Assembly (NCBI GenBank): GCA_041389005.1
Contig: JAWKSR010000002.1
Span: 1,482-65,481, forward strand
DNA: 64,000 nt
Source of the DNA: Minisyncoccota bacterium
GTDB taxonomy: Bacteria; Patescibacteriota; Minisyncoccia; Phycocordibacterales; UBA918
Reading direction: 5' to 3'
Made by a program: the position numbers and the translations under genes. Positions 1 through 7,378 of the stretch are shown here, piece after piece. Below the pieces are notes generated by a model. That model was given only the letters and a program-made list of their open reading frames with translations, was not told the origin of the DNA and searched no databases. Position 1 is the stretch's first letter; each line of letters opens with the position of its first letter.

Positions 1-362
1 ATAGAGTCAAGGTCAGTGCCAAGCAAGTCAGCTTCAATGGCAGCTAAATCGTCAGATGGACTTTGTGCTTCAAGAACGGAGACTTCAGCTTCAGCGGTGG
101 TAGACTCAGGCTCGTTATTCTCTTCTGCTGTTGGTCGGGTAGCGGTTACTGCAGGGGCTGGTTCGATATCTTCAAGTAATAACTTACCCCACCATAGTAA
201 TCCGCCAAGTATGATCAAGAGTACGACAATTAACAGTGCGAGTAGTACAGAAGAAAAGGAAAACTGCTTAACAGAAGCCTCCGTTTCAATCGTTTCATTC
301 TCTGGCAGTTTCATTTCAAAACTACTGGGGTCATAGATTCGGTTGTTGGTTGGTTCTGGCAT
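1..362 (-). CDS. membrane-anchored hypothetical protein (N-terminal part; continues past window start)
   Basis: ATG at 362-360 on the minus strand, with the frame open to position 1 (no stop inside the window, so absent from the ORF track). Translates MPEPTNNRIYDPSSFEMKLPENETIE.... One TM helix VLLALLIVVLLIILGGLLWW, then an acidic Ala/Glu-rich tail. Confidence 0.5.
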   Translation of the reverse strand, partial: MPEPTNNRIYDPSSFEMKLPENETIETEASVKQFSFSSVLLALLIVVLLIILGGLLWWGKLLLEDIEPAPAVTATRPTAEENNEPESTTAEAEVSVLEAQSPSDDLAAIEADLLGTDLDS

Positions 363-364
363 GT

Positions 365-982
365 CTAAGAACTAGTTTCGTTAGTGGTGCTGGCAGTACT
401 GGTGGCAGTTTGTGGAGTACTACTTGAGGTACTTTCTGTGCTACTAGCTGTTTCAGCTGTGTCTGGCCGGGTTAAAGGAGTGGTAGGATCCTTAAGGATC
501 ATTAGATTAGTGATCGTTCGTTCGTAGCTTCTTTTTAGATTGACTTGAGCAGAGTAGAAATACCAACTCGCTTCCTCCCAAGCAGTTTTTGGATCGGCGG
601 CAGTGACCGCCTCATACATACGTTGATCAATGCCCTCTAAAGCACTAGTTACCCGTGTGAGCTCGTTTCGTTCATTAGCAAGTCCTTCGGCGACACCGGT
701 AGCAGTCTGTTCGTACTCTGCTCCAGACGCAGCGAGCTTACGAGCGCGACGTTCCATCCGGTCAATAATGTCATACAGACGCGTGGTAGCCGCTTCTATT
801 TTATTGGACACATTGGCAGCGAGGTTGAAAATGCGTTGCTGCTCTGCAGGTGAAAGTGTGCTTACTGAGTTCTCAGAACTTGTGTTGGCAGTTGTGGTTT
901 GTGCATAGACAACTAAACTGGGACTGCTCATAAGCAGACCAACCCACACAAACTGAGTCACTATAAAAACAACGTACCGCAT
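365..982 (-). CDS. secreted hypothetical protein (signal peptide, coiled-coil, Ser/Thr-rich C-terminus)
   Basis: ORF 365..1009; likely start at the internal Met, MRYVVFIVTQFVWVGLLMSSPSLVVYAQ (signal-peptide-like). No recognisable family. Confidence 0.55.
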   Translation of the reverse strand: MRYVVFIVTQFVWVGLLMSSPSLVVYAQTTTANTSSENSVSTLSPAEQQRIFNLAANVSNKIEAATTRLYDIIDRMERRARKLAASGAEYEQTATGVAEGLANERNELTRVTSALEGIDQRMYEAVTAADPKTAWEEASWYFYSAQVNLKRSYERTITNLMILKDPTTPLTRPDTAETASSTESTSSSTPQTATSTASTTNETSS

Positions 983-1073
983 ACTGTTATGACACCAGTA
1001 TACTATCATTCTGTCCCTGCCCTATGTGCAGTTGGTGATGAGATAACAAAAATCCCGCTTGGCGGGATTTTTA

Positions 1074-1595
1074 TTACTGACTTTTTTCAGTGTACATCTG
1101 CCGGCTTTTTTCGAAGGCTTCCATAGCTTCCGCTTTGCCGTGCCAGGGACCAACTGAGACTTCCTTGTTCTGCACTTTCTTGTATGTCTCAAAGAAGTGT
1201 GACATTTCTTTCTCAAAGTGCGGATTGAGATCAGTCAGTTCTTGAATATGGTCAAATCTCGGGTCATCAACCGGTACCGCCACAATCTTATCGTCTCGCT
1301 CACCGCCATCGATCATTTCCATGATGCCAACAGGACGGGCTTTTACGAGGATTCCCGGTGCTAACGGATAGGTAGTTACTACCACTACATCCAGGGCGTC
1401 GCCGTCATCAAAAAGAGTCTGTGGAACAAAACCGTAATCAAACGGGTAGTCCTGGGCAGTATGCATGACCCGGTCAAGCGCAATCATGCCGGTGTCTTTG
1501 TCGATCTCATACTTATTTTTAGAACCACGAGGGATTTCGATGATGACGTTCATTTCCTCTTTGGTTCCTGGATTAATATCATGAAGTAGATTCAT
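1074..1595 (-). CDS. ppa: inorganic pyrophosphatase (family I)
   Basis: 173 aa. Typical family I sequence: VIIEIPRGSKNKYEIDKDTG ... DGDALDVVV ... DDKIVAVP. Confidence 0.9.
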   Translation of the reverse strand: MNLLHDINPGTKEEMNVIIEIPRGSKNKYEIDKDTGMIALDRVMHTAQDYPFDYGFVPQTLFDDGDALDVVVVTTYPLAPGILVKARPVGIMEMIDGGERDDKIVAVPVDDPRFDHIQELTDLNPHFEKEMSHFFETYKKVQNKEVSVGPWHGKAEAMEAFEKSRQMYTEKSQ

Positions 1596-1619
1596 AGTTA
1601 TGTGATTATTGTGTACTAA

Positions 1620-3014
1620 TTATGCCTTAGCTTCATCTTCTTTAGCTTCCTCATTTACCAGTGCCTCAGCTTCTTCAGGAGTATCAATCTCTTCCTCTTC
1701 ATCGAAGTCTTTAGCGTCACGGTCTTCAGTTGCTTCGTCTTCTAGTACTACTTCCTCTTTGGCAGTAGTAGCGTCTTCACCTTCAAGGGTAGCTACCTCC
1801 TCACCTTCTGCGGTCGTTGGTGCCACTTCCACTTCTTCGCCTGCAGCTTCAGCCAACTCTTCGCCGCCCGCTGAAACGATGTCAATTTTCCAGCCAGTGA
1901 GTTTGGCAGCCAAACGTACGTTTTGTCCGCCGCGACCGATTGCTAATGATTGCTGGTCTGGTGCTACTTCTACTACAGCGTGACCGCGTTCTTCAGTTTC
2001 TTCGTTTGGTTCAGCTTCGATGCGTACTTCGAGTACTTGTGCCGGTGATAGGGCATCTTCGATGAATTCCACTGGGTCATCACTCCACTCAATGATGTCT
2101 ATTTTTTCACCACCAAGTTCGCTCATCACGGTTGAGACTCGTACACCACGCTGTCCAACTAGTGACCCTACTGGATCAAGATGTTCGTCAGTAGCAAAAA
2201 CTGCGATCTTTGAACGGCTACCAGCTTCACGCGCAATGGCACGCACTTCAACACTACCGTTTTGGAGCTCCGGTGCTTCAACGGTAAAGAGTGCTTCTAA
2301 AAAGTCAGGGTGTGAACGAGAGAGTTTAAGGAAAATACCACGAGCGGTCTCATCCACTTTAAGGAGAATAGCGCGAATGCGTTCTCCAGGACGAAAGCGT
2401 TCTCCAGGAATTTGCTCATCGTAGGGCACAACAGCGGTCACCCGACCGAGGTCAACGTAAAGATTGCCACGTTCAAAGCGTTGTACATGTCCCATGACTA
2501 TGTCTCCTTCTTTTTGTCCAAATTCATCAAGGGCAGCATCTTTTTCTGCCTCACGGATTTTTTGGATGATTACTTGTTTAGCAGTCTGAGCAGCGATGCG
2601 ACCGAAGTCGTCTTTGGCTTCCAGTGGGAATACCAACTCATCACCGAGTTCCACGTCTTTTTTAATGAGACGAGCACTGTCAATCATGATGTGCTTTTCT
2701 TCATCAAAGCGCACTTTACGTTCTTCTTCAGGAATATCTTCCGCTGGAGTCGGCTCCTCGGCTGCTTCTTCCGCCTCAAGTTCTTCCTCGCTTTTAATCA
2801 TGCTTTCATCCACCACGATCTTCACTTGTTCAAATGAGGTGGTACCGGTGTTGATATCAAACTTGGTGCGGACGATTTGCCCACGCTTACCAAATTCTTT
2901 TTTGTACGCAGTTGCGAGCGCCTGCTCGATAGCATCAAGCATACGCTCTTTTGGGATACCGCGTTCTTCTTCCATCTCCCCCAAAACTGAGTTAATGACC
3001 TTTAAATCAAACAT
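1620..3014 (-). CDS. nusA: transcription termination/antitermination factor NusA with acidic C-terminal tail
   Basis: 464 aa. NusA N-terminal, S1 and KH regions (GDIVMGHVQRFERGNLYVDLG; LDPVGSLVGQRGVRV; LAIGRGGQNVRLAAKLTGWKIDI). Glu/Asp/Ala-rich C-terminus. Confidence 0.92.
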   Translation of the reverse strand: MFDLKVINSVLGEMEEERGIPKERMLDAIEQALATAYKKEFGKRGQIVRTKFDINTGTTSFEQVKIVVDESMIKSEEELEAEEAAEEPTPAEDIPEEERKVRFDEEKHIMIDSARLIKKDVELGDELVFPLEAKDDFGRIAAQTAKQVIIQKIREAEKDAALDEFGQKEGDIVMGHVQRFERGNLYVDLGRVTAVVPYDEQIPGERFRPGERIRAILLKVDETARGIFLKLSRSHPDFLEALFTVEAPELQNGSVEVRAIAREAGSRSKIAVFATDEHLDPVGSLVGQRGVRVSTVMSELGGEKIDIIEWSDDPVEFIEDALSPAQVLEVRIEAEPNEETEERGHAVVEVAPDQQSLAIGRGGQNVRLAAKLTGWKIDIVSAGGEELAEAAGEEVEVAPTTAEGEEVATLEGEDATTAKEEVVLEDEATEDRDAKDFDEEEEIDTPEEAEALVNEEAKEDEAKA

Positions 3015-3090
3015 ATTCTATTGTGTATTTAATTGTTTTAACGAAAATGAAAGCCCGACCGGGAGGTCGAGCGTTTCAGTCAATGGCACT

Positions 3091-3119
3091 ACTATACGCG
3101 CTGACTCTTTTTCTGTCAA
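3091..3119 (-). promoter_or_regulatory. sigma70-type promoter for nusA (TTGACA-17-TATAGT)
   Basis: Minus strand reads TTGACA gaaaaagagtcagcgcg TATAGT. The -35 is at 3119-3114 and the -10 at 3096-3091, about 75 nt upstream of the nusA ATG. Confidence 0.6.
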
Positions 3120-3155
3120 ATAGGTTGGAAAATAAGGATAAAATACTGAGTTTGA

Positions 3156-3184
3156 TTGACTTTAGGTATAAAATATGGTATTAT
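3156..3184 (+). promoter_or_regulatory. sigma70-type promoter (TTGACT-17-TATTAT)
   Basis: TTGACT at 3156-3161, 17-nt spacer, TATTAT at 3179-3184. Divergent from the nusA promoter. Confidence 0.5.
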
Positions 3185-3250
3185 TAACAAGTTAAATGAG
3201 CACTGTGTTTGAGTGCTCAAAACCCCGAAAAGAGTAAGGAGTATCGGGAC

Positions 3251-3427
3251 ATGTACATCAAAAAAAATACGAGCAAAAAAGCTCGTTTCTTCTCATATCT
3301 CTTCAGTGTAGCTATGTCAGCAACAGTGATTGGTGGCTTGTTCGCCTACACATCACTGACGACTGAGCAAAGCGACACTATCGGTGATTTCCTCAAGAAA
3401 TTACCGGCAATTGAATCGAGAAACTGA
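3251..3427 (+). CDS. small membrane protein (58 aa)
   Basis: AAGGAG about 9 nt upstream of the ATG at 3251. MYIKKNTSKKARFFSYLFSVAMSATVIGGLFAY: one TM helix. Confidence 0.45.
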   Translation: MYIKKNTSKKARFFSYLFSVAMSATVIGGLFAYTSLTTEQSDTIGDFLKKLPAIESRN

Positions 3428-3663
3428 GATCGTGCCCGTATCGGGTATGACCGAAGTAGAGCTCGTTGCGGCTTGAGGATGACCTGTTATGGCTGGCGTG
3501 CGGGTAATGCTTTGAAGCCCGCAATCAGTCATACGAGGGTCAGTACTAGGTTGCCCAGTCGATTCTCAATCGGGTTGAAGATCCGCTTTGTGAAACACCA
3601 TTGAGATGGTCGTTCGGCAGGGTGAAGAGAAGAAAAATCGCTGTCAGTATTCGTTTATGTGTG

Positions 3664-3939
3664 ATGGGGGAACCGGAACGCATTCTGAATAAGACAGCCT
3701 GGCAGAAAGCAGTCCAAGTCGCCACTACGGCGATGGAAGACTACTTTGAAGATGAACCGGTTACGTGTGCGCATAGTTATCATGCGACGTACGTGACGGC
3801 CTTCGCAGCGCTTGCCTGGTTTGCTACGCTTACGCGTGACAATCAGGTGGATGACCACATCTTCTTCTACTGGAAACACGAATCTATCACACCAGTGGTT
3901 GGTGTCCCTGAAAGTCCGCGGCGGAGTTTCTCTTTATGA
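3664..3939 (+). CDS. hypothetical protein (91 aa)
   Basis: ORF 3601..3939 with an internal ATG at 3664 (MGEPERILNKTAWQKAV...). No family recognised. Followed by the terminator at 3966-3996. The 230 nt upstream (3430-3660) has no clean ORF. Confidence 0.3.
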   Translation: MGEPERILNKTAWQKAVQVATTAMEDYFEDEPVTCAHSYHATYVTAFAALAWFATLTRDNQVDDHIFFYWKHESITPVVGVPESPRRSFSL

Positions 3940-3965
3940 GCTTACGTTTGGTGTCGACCGATTCG

Positions 3966-3996
3966 AAAAACCGGAAAGCATGCTCCGGTTTTTTAT
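3966..3996 (+). terminator. rho-independent terminator
   Basis: aaaaaCCGGAaagcatgcTCCGGtttttt. Confidence 0.7.
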
Positions 3997-4092
3997 TTTC
4001 TGTGAAAGCAAACCACGGTTACTCCAAGAAGTGCGAGTGCTACAATATAGGCAACACGCACGTTCTTTGGTGGGCACGTTGTTTTACATAGT

Positions 4093-5840
4093 ATGCGAAT
4101 TCAAGACGCACAACTCAAACGTTTTATTACAGATTCTGGTCTGGTGTCTAAAAAGACCTCACTGCCGCTGAAAGTAGCCAAAGATGAAGAGCGCTCTCTC
4201 GGTATTCTGGTTAGCTGGTGGGTACATGACCGAAGACGATTTGCGGCGGGTGGAGTCCTACGTACTCGGCATCCCTTTATTGCATGTCTCGTTGAAAAGA
4301 ACAGAAAATAGACTTTGAAATTCTGTCGATGATTCCTGAGCCGGTAGCGCGCAACCACAACATCATCGCATTTAAAAAGAATAGCGACTCACTCGAAGTG
4401 GCGATGCTCGATACAGCAGACCTGCCATCAAACTTTGTTAAGGAAAAAGGTAGGACTGAAAAATCCCTCCCGCGTCTGACAGACACCGAATCCATGAAGG
4501 AGCGCTTTTGCAGTATCAAAAGACGCTTAAAGATGAGTTTGGCGACATCATCATGAACGAAGCTTCTTCACTGACCGTGGTCAATGAGGATGGTAGAAGA
4601 GGTCTCGGAGAGGATTTGAAAAAAATGGCAGAGGACCTGCCGGTGGTTCGTATAATTGATACCTTGTTGCGTCACGCTATTATTCAAGGCGCCTCAGATA
4701 TCCATATTGAACCGATGGAAAAGGAAGTGTTAGTCCGTTATCGCATTGACGGTATCTTGCATGACGCGATGACACTCCCCCAAGCACGCTGCGGGTACAA
4801 TTGTGGCGCGCCTGAAAGTATTGGCGAATCTTAAACTGGATGAAAAACGTTTGCCACAAGATGGACGCTTTAAGATGGAAATGGATGGACAGAAAGTGTC
4901 CTTCCGTGTCTCGGTGTTGCCGATTTACTTCGGTGAAAAGGTAGTAATGCGTTTGTTGCGCGAAAACCGCTCTGGTTTCAACCTGGAAGGAATTGGTTTC
5001 CATGGGGACACCTTGGAGCGTGTGCATGACGCCATGAAGCAGACCACTGGCATCATTTTAGTTACTGGTCCAACAGGTTCGGGTAAGACTACGACGCTTT
5101 ATACTATCCTGGATCTTCTTAATACTCCTGAGGTGAATATTTCCACCATTGAAGATCCGATCGAGTACCAAATGCCGCGGATCAATCAGACGCAGGTGAA
5201 ACCAGACATCGGCTTTACGTTTGCAACGGGACTACGCTCACTGATGCGTCAGGACCCGGACATTATTATGGTTGGAGAGATTCGTGATCATGAGACCGCG
5301 AACCTCGCAATTAACGCTGCCCTTACCGGACACTTGGTGCTCGCTACCGTGCACACCAACTCTGCCGCTGGTACGGTCGCGCGTTTGGTTGATATGGGAG
5401 TGGAGTCATTTTTGTTGGTATCCACGCTGCGGGTGGCAGTTGGTCAACGTCTAATCCGCCGGTTAACTGACGATAAAGAAGCGTACACACTGAGCGCTTC
5501 GGAAAAAGCAGAGCTTGGTAAACACGCAGATTTAGACCGCGTGCTTGCCACTATGAAAGACGAGGGGATTGTCAAAAAAGATGCTACTTGGAACTCAATT
5601 CCATTTTATCGTCCGAAAGACCCTGATAATGAAGATTCTTACAAAGGGCGAATGGGCATTCATGAAGTCCTGCCGGTATCCGAGACCATCAAAGACATGG
5701 TTATCAAACACGCTACGGCTGATGAGGTGGCAGACATCGCTCGTCAGGAGGGAATGCTTACCATGCTTGAAGATGGTATTTACAAAGCGGCACGCGGCGT
5801 GACCAGTATCGAAGAGGTGCTACGCGTTATCAATGAATGA
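4093..5840 (+). CDS. pilB: type IV pilus assembly ATPase PilB/GspE; N-terminal third broken by several frameshifts
   Basis: ORF 4803..5840 is an intact GspE ATPase core (Walker A GPTGSGKTTT, Asp box, Walker B IIMVGEIRD, His box ATVHTN). Pieces 4093..4311, 4329..4556 and 4508..4834 carry T2SSE_N-like sequence (IPEPVARNHNIIAFKK..LEVAMLD; DLPVVRIIDTLLRHAIIQGASDIHIEP). They join only with at least 5 single-base frame changes. Confidence 0.85.
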
Positions 5841-5869
5841 TTCACCCGACAAAATTTTTTGTGTTAGTT

Positions 5870-6133
5870 ATGCAGTATGTATATGTATTGAAGAGTTTGA
5901 AAGACGATACACTTTATACAGGCTGTTCTAGTGATTTGCAGCAGCGTATTAAGCTGCATAACGCAGGGCGTGTGGCTACGACCAACAAGAAGTTTCCCTA
6001 TGAGCTTTTGTATTATGAAGCTTACAAGAATAAAGCCGATGCCTTTACTAGAGAAAAGTATCTAAAAACCGGTTGGGGTCGAAATTATATTAAAAAAGTT
6101 CTCAGTAATACTCTGCGAACACAAAAAAATTAG
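5870..6133 (+). CDS. GIY-YIG nuclease superfamily protein (small, UPF0213/YhbQ-like)
   Basis: MQYVYVLKSLKDDTLYTGCSSDLQQRIKLHNAG...YYEAY....A..REKYLK: GIY-YIG motif pattern. 87 aa from the internal ATG at 5870. Confidence 0.75.
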   Translation: MQYVYVLKSLKDDTLYTGCSSDLQQRIKLHNAGRVATTNKKFPYELLYYEAYKNKADAFTREKYLKTGWGRNYIKKVLSNTLRTQKN

Positions 6134-6141
6134 TCGGGATC

Positions 6142-7368
6142 ATGGCAAAGTTTACGTATACAGGACAAGCCGGTGATGGCAGCAAGGTCACAAAAACGGT
6201 CGAAGCAGACGACCGGTACGCAGTCTATGAGATTGCGCGCCAGGAAGGTCATACCGTTACTACTATTAGTGAAGCGGGGTCTTTCTCACTAAAAAAGCTG
6301 ATCAACACGGAGACCATCGAGTATTACATCAGTCGTATCAAAGAAGATGATTTGGTGATGATGACACGCAATCTCAGTTCGATGTTGGTAGCTGGCCTGC
6401 CCCTCTCTCGATCGTTGTCGGTTATTGAACGACAAAGTAAGAATCCGCGCTTGAAGGGTGTTATCAAAGATGTACGTGAACGAATTGAAAAAGGTGATCA
6501 GTTCAACGAGTCTTTAGGAGCGTACCCAAAAGTCTGTAATGATCTTTATGTAGCGATGGTGCGTGCCGGAGAGGAGAGTGGTGGGCTGGCTGATACCTTG
6601 AAAGTTCTCAGTACGCAGATGGAGCGCGCCTCGAGTCTGCGTAAGAAAATAAAGGGCGCCATGATCTATCCTTCCATCGTACTGATCATCATGGTTATCA
6701 TTGGGGTGCTGATGATGATCTACGTCATGCCATCCATTACGGGCACGTTTAAAAAACTAGAGGTTGATCTTCCGGCTACTACGCAGTTCTTGATTGCGGC
6801 GAGTGATTTCATGGTCGCGCATACGGTCTTGGTCTTGGTTGGTATGGTGGCGATAATCGTGGGATTCATCTATTTCTTACGTACCAAACTGGGAAAGATT
6901 ATATTTCACTGGCTCATCATTCGTTTGCCGGTGATTGGCACCATGGTGAAAGAAACCAACGCCGCTCGTACAGCCCGTACACTCTCATCACTACTATCAG
7001 CTGGTGTTGATGTCATCCGTGCGCTCAATATCACTGAGGATGTCGTTCAAAATGTGTACTACAAACCAATCATCAAGCAAGCTGCTAATAAAGTTGAGCA
7101 GGGAACGGCATTATCGGAAGTCTTTATTGAGCACGACAAACTGTACCCAACTTTTGTGGGAGAGATGATTTTGGTGGGTGAAGAAACCGGTAACATCTCA
7201 GCCATGTTAGAGCAGCTGGCGGTTTTTTACGAAAATGAAGTTGAGCATAAGACCAAAGACCTATCCACTATCATCGAACCAATGCTGATGGTGGTCATCG
7301 GCGGCACGGTCGGTTTTTTTGCCTTGGCAATGATCGCACCGATCTACTCGATCTCCGACAGTATCTAA
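6142..7368 (+). CDS. pilC: type IV pilus/type II secretion platform protein PilC/GspF
   Basis: 408 aa. Two T2SSF repeats, three TM segments, typical motifs (MLVAGLPLSRSL; LSSLLSAGVDVIRAL). Confidence 0.9.
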   Translation: MAKFTYTGQAGDGSKVTKTVEADDRYAVYEIARQEGHTVTTISEAGSFSLKKLINTETIEYYISRIKEDDLVMMTRNLSSMLVAGLPLSRSLSVIERQSKNPRLKGVIKDVRERIEKGDQFNESLGAYPKVCNDLYVAMVRAGEESGGLADTLKVLSTQMERASSLRKKIKGAMIYPSIVLIIMVIIGVLMMIYVMPSITGTFKKLEVDLPATTQFLIAASDFMVAHTVLVLVGMVAIIVGFIYFLRTKLGKIIFHWLIIRLPVIGTMVKETNAARTARTLSSLLSAGVDVIRALNITEDVVQNVYYKPIIKQAANKVEQGTALSEVFIEHDKLYPTFVGEMILVGEETGNISAMLEQLAVFYENEVEHKTKDLSTIIEPMLMVVIGGTVGFFALAMIAPIYSISDSI

Positions 7369-7378
7369 ACTATGCACA

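Noticed and set aside
16-336. Plus-strand ORF 16..336 (106 aa)
   Set aside because: It is antisense to a better-supported minus-strand gene, which has an ATG at 362, a TM helix and an open frame to the window edge.
1609-3123. Plus-strand ORFs (1609..1983, 2020..2424, 2412..2837, 2596..3123) with Ser/Ala-rich products
   Set aside because: They are antisense shadows of nusA, whose Glu/Asp/Ala-rich codons read as Ser/Leu/Ala on the other strand. They have no starts with signals and no family resemblance.
3428-3996. Possible RNase P RNA or other housekeeping ncRNA (GAAAGTCC-like motif at about 3905, several hairpins, terminator at 3966-3996)
   Set aside because: The GAAAGUCC-like motif lies only about 60 nt from the terminator, whereas in RNase P RNA it is near the 5' end. 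The other universal blocks are absent, and the motif falls inside a 91-codon ORF. The region remains unexplained but is not RNase P, tmRNA or SRP as far as I can see.
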